Source: an uncultured Chloroflexia bacterium (GTDB taxonomy: Bacteria > Chloroflexota > Limnocylindria > Limnocylindrales > CSP1-4). Taken from it: a stretch of 29,150 bases of DNA. Both the position numbers and the translations under genes were made by a program. The notes under the pieces were generated by a model, which worked only from the letters and a program-made list of their open reading frames with translations, made no database searches and was not told where the DNA came from. Location: NCBI GenBank assembly GCA_963734535.1, contig CAVTHS010000012.1, positions 1 to 29,150 of the forward strand. Reading direction: 5' to 3'. Positions 7,305 through 15,819 of the stretch are shown piece after piece (the stretch's first letter is position 1; each line of letters starts with the position of its first letter).

Positions 7305-8810
7305 TCAGGCGGCCCGGCGCCGCCGGTTCCGCAGGTGATGGAGGAACGCCCGCGTCCGCTCTTTGTGGTTGAACGCATAGCCGATGAGCAACAGCAGCAC
7401 GAAGTCGGCCGTGCCGACACCCGCGGCCGCCAGGTAGGAGAGCTGCTGGCCGACCGGCCCCTGGATGCCCATCGCCGGGACGACGATGTAGAAGAGGCCC
7501 AGCTGGAAGAACGGCGCCTTCGGGGCGAGGTTCGCGCGGGCCGTCCCCGTCGTGGGACCCGAGCTCGTCTGCCCGCCGACAAGGAAGACGTGGGACCCGG
7601 AGACGACCGGGGCCGCATCGCGAAGGCCCAGGTCGGTCGGCAGGTCGCTGGCGGCGAGATGCTTCCAGCCGCCGATGTTGCCCGCGGTGTCGGGGATCGC
7701 CCAGACGATCTCGCCGTTGGAGCCCTCGCCCCCGCCGTAGTAGAGGTTCGAGTTGGCGACCCAGCCGAACGCGCCCTCGTGGGCGGCCGGGAGGTCCTGC
7801 TGCGCGGCCGACGCAACCGTCGGGCTGCCCCACCGGGTGACCTGGCCCAGCGTGGCCTTGTCGGTCGAGATGTCGCCCCGGAGGACCTGCGCCGTCGGAC
7901 CGGACGCGTCGTCGCCGCCCCACACGAAGAGATCCTGGCCCAGGATCGTGGCAGCCGCGTGCACGCGCGGCGCCGGCTTGGTCGCCCCGGCCGTGTCGAA
8001 CGCCGTGAGCGGTGCATCGGGCGCCCACGCGGTGAGCTTGCCGGTGGTCGCGTTGAGGGCCGCCCTCCAGACTGTATCGACGGGTCCCTTGCCGTCCGTG
8101 CCGCCGATCAGGAAGATCCCGTCGCCGGCCACGGCGACGGCGGCACCGGCGCGGGGAGCGGGCAGCTTCAGGTCCGCCGATTCGGTCCAGGCGGTGATCT
8201 TGCCGGACTCTGGATCGGGCGTGCCCGCCAGGACCGTATCCGTGGGCTGGCCGCTCGCGTCGAGGCCGCCGATGACGTAGGCGACGCCCGAGAAGAAGGC
8301 GGCAGCCGCCTGGGTGCGCGGTGCCGGCAGCGCCGCGCCCTGGCTCCACGCATCGAGATTGCCGTCCGGCCGGATGACCGTTGCGAAGACGCTGGACTGG
8401 GCCGCCTTCCCGTCCGTGCCGCCGACGACGAGCGTCTCGAGGCCAGCCGCCACGATCGCGGCGCCGGAGCGCGCGGCCGGCAGCGCGAGCTCGGCCGGGT
8501 TCGGCTCCCAGGGCAGGATCGTTCCCGGGGGCGCCGGGCAGGGCACCGTCTCGTTCGACGCGGGGCAGAAGCTGATCGGGGTCAGGTCGAGGGCTGGGTT
8601 GAACACTTTGAGCGAGACGCCCAGGTCGATCGTGTTCTGCACGGTGGCGTAGAGGGCCCGGTCCGGGAGGTAGGCCATCAGCATGATGATGAGGACGAAC
8701 CACACGGTTGCCTTGACACCCGCCCAGCCCCAGCCGTTGGCGTCGAGCAGGCCGAAGAATGCCCGCCTGCGCACCACCGTGCCCCCCGGACCGAGCGCCT
8801 GTTCCGCCAT
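7305..8810 (-). CDS. Membrane-anchored Kelch-repeat beta-propeller protein
   Basis: Repeated LPAPR...(V/I)GG...W blades, with hydrophobic helices near both termini. GGAGG RBS. Last gene of the respiratory operon. Confidence 0.8.
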   Translation of the reverse strand: MAEQALGPGGTVVRRRAFFGLLDANGWGWAGVKATVWFVLIIMLMAYLPDRALYATVQNTIDLGVSLKVFNPALDLTPISFCPASNETVPCPAPPGTILPWEPNPAELALPAARSGAAIVAAGLETLVVGGTDGKAAQSSVFATVIRPDGNLDAWSQGAALPAPRTQAAAAFFSGVAYVIGGLDASGQPTDTVLAGTPDPESGKITAWTESADLKLPAPRAGAAVAVAGDGIFLIGGTDGKGPVDTVWRAALNATTGKLTAWAPDAPLTAFDTAGATKPAPRVHAAATILGQDLFVWGGDDASGPTAQVLRGDISTDKATLGQVTRWGSPTVASAAQQDLPAAHEGAFGWVANSNLYYGGGEGSNGEIVWAIPDTAGNIGGWKHLAASDLPTDLGLRDAAPVVSGSHVFLVGGQTSSGPTTGTARANLAPKAPFFQLGLFYIVVPAMGIQGPVGQQLSYLAAAGVGTADFVLLLLIGYAFNHKERTRAFLHHLRNRRRRAA

Positions 8811-8865
8811 CTGTCCTCCCTGTCGAGCGGCCGCCGGGCCCCCGCCGGCCTGCCGCGCCTCCCCG

Positions 8866-9972
8866 CTACTTGACCGTGAGGGTCCCCGTCATGTTGGGGT
8901 GGACCACGCACGAGAAGCCGTAGGTCCCCGCGGGAAGCGCCGGGACGTCGTAGGTCCGGCTGTCGGTCCCGCTGAAGATCTCGCCCTGCCAGACGATCGC
9001 GCCCGTCGGCGAGTCCTTGTGGATCGCGACGTTATGGGGGATGCCCGCGTCGTTGTTGGTGAACTTGATCTGGAAGGCGACCCCGGCCGGGGCGGTCAGC
9101 TCGGTCTTGTCGAAGGCCACCCCGGATGCCGTGAGCTCGAGGACGGTGCCGGCCGCGCCGCCCGAGGCGGCAGGCGAGCCCGCGGGGGCACCCGAGGGTG
9201 CTGCGCTCGGGGCGCCGCTCCCGGCCGGGGCGCCGCTTCCTCCCGCGCTGGGAGCGGCGGGAGCCGCCGACTTGAACGCGTCCTTCCAGCAGTTGGGGAC
9301 CGGCGTGGCCCCTGCGGGCGCGACATAGGCCGGGTCGCGCCAGCCGGTCAGCGTGACCGTCTTGCCCGTCGCGGGATCCACGCCCTGGAACTGCACGGTG
9401 GACGGCGCGGTGATGAAGGCAATCAGCTCCTGGATGTTGCGATAGTTGAGCGGTCCCGGCGGGTTGCCCTGGTCGGACCAGATGGGCATCAGCGAGTTGG
9501 CATCCCCGCACACGTAGCGGCCGCCCACGGTGAGGACGCTCTGCAGGTAGCCCGGCGTGAGGTGGGTCAGGAGCTTGGCCTGCTCGTTGAGGACCGGCCC
9601 GATCCCGCCCTGGCCCTGGGCGCCGTGGCAGCGCGCGCAGTTGGCCTCGTAGAGGGCATAGCCCTGGGTGACGGCGTTGACTTGCTGGACCGCGACCTCG
9701 TTCGTGAGCCGGCTGGAGTTCGGCACCCCCGGTACGCCCAGGTCGTAGAAGTAGTAGACGATCACGAACAACGCCACGATCGTGACCGCGAGGAAGGCGA
9801 CCCAGCGCGCGCTGGCGCTCTGCGTGACGATCTTCGCGGCGCGCTCCGGGGAGAGGCCGACCGTGTGCGCCGTCGGGGGCGCCGTGAACCGGTCCGGTGG
9901 CGGGGCGACCTCGGAGGGTCCGCGCGGAACGGGCAGGCGCTCCTCCGGCGGTGTGCCGGGCCCGTCAGTCAT
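8866..9972 (-). CDS. Membrane-anchored monoheme cytochrome c fused to a C-terminal cupredoxin
   Basis: An N-terminal TM helix, CARCH heme motif, distal Met (LMP), Ala/Pro/Ser linker, then PHNV...CVVHPNM type-1 copper ligands. Confidence 0.9.
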   Translation of the reverse strand: MTDGPGTPPEERLPVPRGPSEVAPPPDRFTAPPTAHTVGLSPERAAKIVTQSASARWVAFLAVTIVALFVIVYYFYDLGVPGVPNSSRLTNEVAVQQVNAVTQGYALYEANCARCHGAQGQGGIGPVLNEQAKLLTHLTPGYLQSVLTVGGRYVCGDANSLMPIWSDQGNPPGPLNYRNIQELIAFITAPSTVQFQGVDPATGKTVTLTGWRDPAYVAPAGATPVPNCWKDAFKSAAPAAPSAGGSGAPAGSGAPSAAPSGAPAGSPAASGGAAGTVLELTASGVAFDKTELTAPAGVAFQIKFTNNDAGIPHNVAIHKDSPTGAIVWQGEIFSGTDSRTYDVPALPAGTYGFSCVVHPNMTGTLTVK

Positions 9973-10000
9973 CGAGCGGCTCGGGTCATCGTCATCCGTC

Positions 10001-10669
10001 TCAGATACAGCCGGTCGAGCTCTTCGACGGGATCAGGCCCGGCTGACCGAGCGCGACGGGCAGCGGGCCGAGCGTGAGCTTGCTCGTGTCGAGAGTCAGC
10101 TTCCCGTCGGCGCCAACGCTGACGGCGAACCGGTCGAGCGAACGCGGCGCGGGCCCCAGCTCCTTCACCTTGATCCCCAGGCGGTCGTAGCGCGAGCCGT
10201 GGCACGGACACTCGAACCAGTAGCTCTTGACGCAGAAGTTCGGCTTGCAGCCAAGGTGGGTGCAGCGCTGGTACAGGGCCCGGACGTTCACGGCGGTGCC
10301 GTCCCCCGTCGCGTCGTCGCCCGGCACGAACTCCTGGCGGGTGGAATCGACGAGCACGATGAACGACCGCGCGTCCTGGTAGTACGCGGGGTAGCCGTCC
10401 CCGAACGGGATCAGCGCGTTGGCATTCTTGATGTCGGTGAACGTGCCCAGGGGAACTTTGCCGCCGAAGCCACCTGAGAGGTTGGGCCACAGGAACCCGA
10501 GGGTGCCCGCCGACACCTCGAGGAGCCAGAGGCCGACGCTCGCGCCGAGGGAGGTCCGGAGGAGCTGCCGTCGCGAGAGGCCCTTCGGGGCCTCCGTGCG
10601 CATCGACTTGAGCGCCTCGCTCGTGAGGGCCTGGGGCTTGCTGGCGGGTTCGACGTGGTAGTTGCTCAT
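10001..10669 (-). CDS. Rieske [2Fe-2S] subunit of a Rieske/cytochrome b complex
   Basis: Tat-type LSRRQLL plus a TM helix, with CTHLGC and CPCHGSRY boxes. The start was moved to MSNYH (10669). Confidence 0.93.
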   Translation of the reverse strand: MSNYHVEPASKPQALTSEALKSMRTEAPKGLSRRQLLRTSLGASVGLWLLEVSAGTLGFLWPNLSGGFGGKVPLGTFTDIKNANALIPFGDGYPAYYQDARSFIVLVDSTRQEFVPGDDATGDGTAVNVRALYQRCTHLGCKPNFCVKSYWFECPCHGSRYDRLGIKVKELGPAPRSLDRFAVSVGADGKLTLDTSKLTLGPLPVALGQPGLIPSKSSTGCI

Positions 10670-10676
10670 GGGACGC

Positions 10677-11273
10677 TCACAGGCTGAAGTGGAATCCACT
10701 GATCCAGGGAAGCGTAAACGCATACCCGGGACCCCGGAAGAAGATACCCAGAAACGTCAGCACGAGCCCGAACCCGCAGAAGAGCGTGAAGAGCACGACG
10801 GCCGTCTTGCGATCCGACGGGCGATTGGCCCGGATATTCTCGCGATCGACGAACGGGATCAGCGCCGCGCCGACCAGCACGAAGAGCGGCACGAGCGCGC
10901 CCGCGACGGTCGGGTGGAAGTAGGCAAGCAGCTCCTGGAGCCCCAGGAAGTACCAGGGCGCCTTGGCCACCTCCGGCGTGACATTCGGGTTGGCCAGCTC
11001 CTCGAGGGGGGCGTTCACGAAGAGGCCCATGAACAGGATGAAGATGCTCATGAAGACGGCCGCGAGGAACTCGATCGAGAGCAGGTGCGGCCAGGTCATG
11101 ACCGTGTCGTCGGGCTCCTTCTGGACCCGAACCACGGCGTCCTGCTTGACGAGCGCGAGCAGGCGATAGGGGCGCGCCGACATCGGCACACGCTGCTTGT
11201 CGATCTCGGTCCGCCGGGTCGGATCGACCGGCAGGACAACCCGCCGCTCGGGCGGTGCCTTCTGGTCCGTCAT
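10677..11273 (-). CDS. Cytochrome b C-terminal subunit (subunit IV/PetD-like)
   Basis: Motifs TWPHLL, APLEELANPNVTP, KAPWYFLGLQELL (PEWY position) and IPFVDR, with three TM helices. Confidence 0.9.
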   Translation of the reverse strand: MTDQKAPPERRVVLPVDPTRRTEIDKQRVPMSARPYRLLALVKQDAVVRVQKEPDDTVMTWPHLLSIEFLAAVFMSIFILFMGLFVNAPLEELANPNVTPEVAKAPWYFLGLQELLAYFHPTVAGALVPLFVLVGAALIPFVDRENIRANRPSDRKTAVVLFTLFCGFGLVLTFLGIFFRGPGYAFTLPWISGFHFSL

Positions 11274-11395
11274 CGCTCGTACCTCGGGGACGCCAGGACG
11301 AGGTCAGCGCAGGGCGGAGCCGGGCACGCGAGGACGCGCACCCCGAGGTGCGTCAGCGAGTCGGCGGAGGCGACAACCACGCGATGGCCCGTCAT
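11270..11395 (-). other. 126-bp insert encoding a 41-aa ORF with ATGA overlaps at both ends
   Basis: Its ATG (11395) overlaps the cyt b stop and its TGA (11270) overlaps the subunit IV start. Peptide: MTGHRVVVASADSLTHLGVRVLACPAPPCADLVLASPRYER. Confidence 0.5.
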
Positions 11396-12120
11396 AGCGG
11401 CCCCGAGATGCCGCCGTCCTTGCGGATTCGCCAGAAGTGGACCGCAAGGAACACGGCTGCGACCAATGGGAAGACCATGATGTGGAGGACGTAGAAGCGG
11501 AGCAGGGTGTTGCCGCTGACCTCCAGTCCGGCCAGCAGCAGGGTCTTCGACGGGGTGTTGAGGAGCGGCGCGTAGCCGGCCATGTTGGAGCCGATCGTGA
11601 TGGCCCAGTAGGCGATCTGGTCCCACGGCAGCAGGTAGCCGGTGAAGCTCAGGAAGAGCGTCAGGAAGAGCAGGACGACGCCGACCACCCAGTTGAACTC
11701 GCGGGGCGGCTTGTAGGCGCCGTGGTAGAAGACCCGCATCATGTGGAGGAAGACGAAGAACACCATCAGGTGGGCGGCCCACCGGTGGATGTTCCGGGTC
11801 AGGAGCCCGAACGGCACCTCCGACTGGATCCGCAGGATGTCGGAGTAGGCCTGCGTCGCCGACGGAGCGTAGAAGAACATCAGGTAGACGCCGGTCACGG
11901 TCAGCACGAGGAAGAGGAAGAACGAGAGCCCGCCCAGGCAGAACGTGTAGGCGAACTTGACCGCGTGCTGGCGGACGCGGACCGGGTGCAGGTGCAGGAA
12001 GACGTTGTTCATCACCGCGTACGCCCGCGACCGCTCGTCGTTGGGGTACGGGTTCCGGAAGATGGACCGGAAGACGGGGCTCCGCCGGATCGACTGATCC
12101 ACCCGCTCCAGGAAGCTCAC
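11392..12120 (-). CDS. Cytochrome b N-terminal subunit (cyt b6/PetB-like)
   Basis: Motifs FCLGG (heme ci Cys position), HRWAAHLM...HMMRVF, TGYLLPWDQ, RFYVLH...HF and ISGPL. AGGAGG RBS, and the GTG at 12120 overlaps the upstream stop. Confidence 0.93.
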   Translation of the reverse strand: MSFLERVDQSIRRSPVFRSIFRNPYPNDERSRAYAVMNNVFLHLHPVRVRQHAVKFAYTFCLGGLSFFLFLVLTVTGVYLMFFYAPSATQAYSDILRIQSEVPFGLLTRNIHRWAAHLMVFFVFLHMMRVFYHGAYKPPREFNWVVGVVLLFLTLFLSFTGYLLPWDQIAYWAITIGSNMAGYAPLLNTPSKTLLLAGLEVSGNTLLRFYVLHIMVFPLVAAVFLAVHFWRIRKDGGISGPL

Positions 12121-13952
12121 CTGGCCCCTCCTGCGACGCCGGGCGAGCCGGCAAGCTGCGCGTCCCGGTACGACTCCTTGTAGAGCCGGCCGTCGGTCGA
12201 TATCTCCTGGAGCTCGAACCGCTCCATCGTAATGGCGTCGAACGGGCACCGCTTGACGCAGAGTGCGCAGCGGATGCAGCGCTCCTCGTCGAGGATCATG
12301 GCGGCGCCCTGATCCCAGCCGTACGCCTCCTCGAGCTCCGGCAGGAACCCCTCTGACTTCATCTGGTTCACGTCGATCATGTGGATGACGCCCTCCGGGC
12401 AGACGTCGGCGCAGGCACCGCACAGGACGCACCGGAAGGGGTCGAACCAGATGTTGTAGTTGCACATGAGACAGCGCGTGGACTCGGCGACGGCATGGGT
12501 CGCGCTGTAGCCGAGCTCCACCCCGGTCGTGAAGTTGACCTCGGGCTCGCGGGCCGCCATGCGCGCCTCCACCGGCAGCATCGGGATGTGCTGCCGCGGG
12601 AGCACGTCGTAGTACTCCGGCATGTCGTGGCGCCACGACGAGGTGATCTTCACGTTCGCGGCCACCGTCACGTCGGCGCGCCCGCCGAGGTAGCGGTCGA
12701 TGGCGTAGGCGCACTTCTTGCCGTGCCCGGCAGCCTCGATGAGCGTCGCCGGGCCCGTCACGAAGTCGCCCGCCGCGAACACGCCGCGCACGTTCGTGGC
12801 ATACGTCGCCGGGTCCACCTTGAGCCGGCCGCGGGCGACCTCGAAGGTTGCCTCCACGGGCAGGAACGTCAGGTCCGCCGCCTGCGAGACGGCCGGGATG
12901 ACGGTGTCCGCGGGGACGACGAACTCCGACCCCGGGATCGGGACCGGCGAGCGGCGGCCGGAGGCGTCGGGCTCGCCGAGCTTGTTGCGGATGAACCGGA
13001 CCCCGGTCAGCTTCCCATCCTCGCCGAGCAGCTCGATGGGGCTCACCAGGAACTCCATCCGGACGCCTTCGCGCTCGGTCTCGCCCAGCTCCTCCTCGTC
13101 GACGACCAGCTCCGAGCGCGTCCGGCGATACGCGATCGTCACGTTCTCGGCACCGTGGCGCAGGCTGGTCCGCGAGCAGTCCATGGCCGTGTAACCGCCG
13201 CCCACCACGACGACGTTGCGGCCCACCTCCAGCGGCTCGCCCAGGTTCGCCTTCTTCATGAAGTCGACGCCGTACTGCACGCCGGCGAGCTCCGCACCGG
13301 GGATGTCGAGCCCGACGGCGTCCATGGCGCCGGCGCAGATCGCGACGCCGTCGAAGTCGTGGAGGAGCGTCTCGAAGCTGATGTCCGGGCCGATCTTCGT
13401 GTTGTACCGGAAGGTGACCCCCAGCCGCTCCACGAGTCGAACGTCCATCTCGATCGCTTCACGCGGCAGCCGAAACGCAGGGACACCGATCAGCATCGTC
13501 CCGCCGGCGAATGGGAGGCTGTCGAAGACGGTGACGCGATATCCCTTCACCGCGAGCTCGCGGGCGACCGCGATCCCGGCCGGCCCCGCGCCGACCACGG
13601 CGACGCGCTCGTCGCGCGGCGTGATCTGCGGCATCACGTCCGGGATGCCCGACGCCTCGTGCCACTCGACCAGGAACCGCTTCATCGCCCGGATCGCGAG
13701 CGGCCGATCGATGTCACCCCGCCGGCAGGCGCGCTCGCACGGCGCCGAGCAGACGTAGGCGCACATGGCCGCAACCGGGTTCGGCTCGCGCGAGAGGAGG
13801 TAGCCCTCCTCGAAGCGGCCCTCCGCGGCCAGGTTGAGGTAGCCGCGGCAGTTCGTCCCGACCGGGCAGGCTTCCTGGCACTCGATGTTGCATTGGAGCC
13901 AGGACGCGTCCACCGGCTGGACGAGGAACTCCTGGTTGGGGTCGATGGCCAC
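12117..13952 (-). CDS. NfnB/SudA/GltD/DsrL-like FAD- and NAD(P)-binding oxidoreductase with a C-terminal 2[4Fe-4S] ferredoxin domain
   Basis: Motifs CQEACP, CAYVCSAPCERAC, GAGPAG, GGGYTAMD, YRR, AAGD, RCLMC, CVLCGACADVCP and CIRCALCVKRCP. The start is assigned to GTG 13952 after GAGG. Confidence 0.9.
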   Translation of the reverse strand: MAIDPNQEFLVQPVDASWLQCNIECQEACPVGTNCRGYLNLAAEGRFEEGYLLSREPNPVAAMCAYVCSAPCERACRRGDIDRPLAIRAMKRFLVEWHEASGIPDVMPQITPRDERVAVVGAGPAGIAVARELAVKGYRVTVFDSLPFAGGTMLIGVPAFRLPREAIEMDVRLVERLGVTFRYNTKIGPDISFETLLHDFDGVAICAGAMDAVGLDIPGAELAGVQYGVDFMKKANLGEPLEVGRNVVVVGGGYTAMDCSRTSLRHGAENVTIAYRRTRSELVVDEEELGETEREGVRMEFLVSPIELLGEDGKLTGVRFIRNKLGEPDASGRRSPVPIPGSEFVVPADTVIPAVSQAADLTFLPVEATFEVARGRLKVDPATYATNVRGVFAAGDFVTGPATLIEAAGHGKKCAYAIDRYLGGRADVTVAANVKITSSWRHDMPEYYDVLPRQHIPMLPVEARMAAREPEVNFTTGVELGYSATHAVAESTRCLMCNYNIWFDPFRCVLCGACADVCPEGVIHMIDVNQMKSEGFLPELEEAYGWDQGAAMILDEERCIRCALCVKRCPFDAITMERFELQEISTDGRLYKESYRDAQLAGSPGVAGGAR

Positions 13953-14223
13953 GATGCGGTCGCCTCGTTCGTACCTGCAGCTGCCGGGGCTCGAGAGCGC
14001 GGAAGCGGCGCGGCGCGCGCCGGCCGACGCCGGGGGGATCGACGGGCCGGAATCTACACGACGATGGTCGGGAGCGCACGCACGGGACCACGTGGCAGTC
14101 CGATGGCCCACGCCCCGACGGCCATGCGACGGGCACCGGGAGTGCCGGGGCTGCGGGTGCTTCGCCCCGCCTCCCGGCCGGAAGGCGCCTCGACGGGCGC
14201 CGGACACGGGCGTCCGGCTCTGA

Positions 14224-14252
14224 TTGACGGGTCGACGTGACGCAGCTACCCT
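14224..14252 (+). promoter_or_regulatory. Sigma70-type promoter
   Basis: TTGACG, a 17-nt spacer, then TACCCT. Confidence 0.55.
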
Positions 14253-14319
14253 CGATGCGCAGACGCGTCCCTCGTCGATCGTCACGCCGACCCACAAGGA
14301 TCAGCCCGAGGAACGTCCC

Positions 14320-15789
14320 GTGAGTCCCAGCGCGTTCGTCTTCATTGCCGGTGGCCTCACGCTCGGCGTGCTCCTCGGTGGCGCCCTCATCGAGATCAGC
14401 CGGGCACGCCGGGACGCCAGGCGCGACGTCCGCCTCCCAGGCTCCGCGGGTCTCTCCGGGGGTCGCGCCGCGACCCTGGCCACTCCGCTCCTGGCCTTCG
14501 AGATGGCGCGCGGGCAGGACGACGTCGTGCCCTCGGAGGGCCGCGGGCCAGAACGTCCGTTCGGGGCGGCCGGGGGTGGAGTCGCCGCGGCCCGGGCCCC
14601 CGGCCCGGCCGCCTCGTCCATGACGACCCGCTCGACCCTCGGAGATGGACCTGGCGCGGCCAGGGCCGAGGCAGTGGACCCGTGCGCGGCCCTGCGCGCG
14701 GCCGTCGACGAGGCGAATGCACACGCGGCACGGATGGCACCCGTCGCAGAGGCGGCCCTCGCCCGGCTGCGCGACGCACGACACACCTACGACGAGCACG
14801 CGGGACGCCGCGAGCGCGCGGCATCGACGGTCGATCCGCGCGCGATTCGCACCGCGAAGGACGAGGCCCAGGCGCAGTTCCGCCGGAGCCGGCTCGCGGC
14901 ACAGGACCGGGCGACGGTCGAGGCGGCGGCCGCTGCCTGGCTTCGCGAGATCAACCGGATCAACGCACGAACCCGCGAGGCGGCGCTCGTGATGGCGCGC
15001 GAGGCCGGCGCGGAGGCGGAGCTGCTCCGTGTCGTCGAGAAGGCGGGTCTCGACGCGGACGTCGCCCGGATCGGAAGCGAGCACGCGGCCGACGAAAGCC
15101 GGAGTGCGCTCATGGCGCTCGCGAGCTGCGAGGAGGCGGAGCGCCTGGGGTCCGCCCCGCCCGAGCTTGCCCCTCCCGCGGCCCCGCGCCGGCTGGCCGA
15201 GGAGGACGCCGGGATGGCGGACCTGCCCGCGGCCCCCGGAGAGGACGTCGCGATCCTGCGCCTCCTCCGCGGCGACCGCGCCACCATGCGCTCGATCGTG
15301 GAACGCCTCGGGGGAAGTGACCCGGATGAGCAGCGCCGATGGCAGCTCCTCGTCTCGGATCTCGTCGACGCGGTCGTGGCACGAGCGATCGACGCGTCGG
15401 CGCTCACGTTCCCGACCGACCACGTCTTCTGGGGACCGTACACCCAGGCCCAGTGCCGCGAGATCGCCTCGGCCATGGCCGCGCTCGGCTATCGCTTCGA
15501 CGGCCTGGGCGGCTTCGTCGATGGACGGACGCCCAGCCAGCGCGACCTCTCGCTCGCCCTCGGCTACGCCGGCGAGGACCCGATGCGGATCCGACGCTGG
15601 CCGAGCGAGGCAGAGATGCCCGCGATGTTCCGCGACGTGCGCGTCGACACGGGTCGCTACCTGGCCGATACCGCCGGTGGGCTGACGATGGGCGAGATGG
15701 TGGATCTGCTGGGGCGTCGCGCAGAGCCGCTGGCCGAGCTCTGGAATGCGTGGGGTCGCGTGCGACCGCTCCTCCTCGAGGTGCCCTGA
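14320..15789 (+). CDS. Hypothetical protein: N-terminal TM helix, Ala/Glu/Arg coiled coil, globular C-terminal domain
   Basis: Long ORF with GC3-biased codons and GAGG before GTG 14320. No family recognised. Confidence 0.7.
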   Translation: MSPSAFVFIAGGLTLGVLLGGALIEISRARRDARRDVRLPGSAGLSGGRAATLATPLLAFEMARGQDDVVPSEGRGPERPFGAAGGGVAAARAPGPAASSMTTRSTLGDGPGAARAEAVDPCAALRAAVDEANAHAARMAPVAEAALARLRDARHTYDEHAGRRERAASTVDPRAIRTAKDEAQAQFRRSRLAAQDRATVEAAAAAWLREINRINARTREAALVMAREAGAEAELLRVVEKAGLDADVARIGSEHAADESRSALMALASCEEAERLGSAPPELAPPAAPRRLAEEDAGMADLPAAPGEDVAILRLLRGDRATMRSIVERLGGSDPDEQRRWQLLVSDLVDAVVARAIDASALTFPTDHVFWGPYTQAQCREIASAMAALGYRFDGLGGFVDGRTPSQRDLSLALGYAGEDPMRIRRWPSEAEMPAMFRDVRVDTGRYLADTAGGLTMGEMVDLLGRRAEPLAELWNAWGRVRPLLLEVP

Positions 15790-15819
15790 AGCCCCGCTGT
15801 CCGGGACTCGGTCAGCGGG

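Noticed and set aside
11392-12714. 440-aa N-terminally extended cyt b, or a frameshifted flavoprotein-cyt b fusion
   Set aside because: A clean AGGAGG RBS and a GTGA overlap at 12117-12120 support two genes.
12117-13952. Glutamate synthase, NfnAB transhydrogenase or DsrL pathway
   Set aside because: No gltB, nfnA or dsr genes are adjacent. The gene is coupled to cyt b instead.
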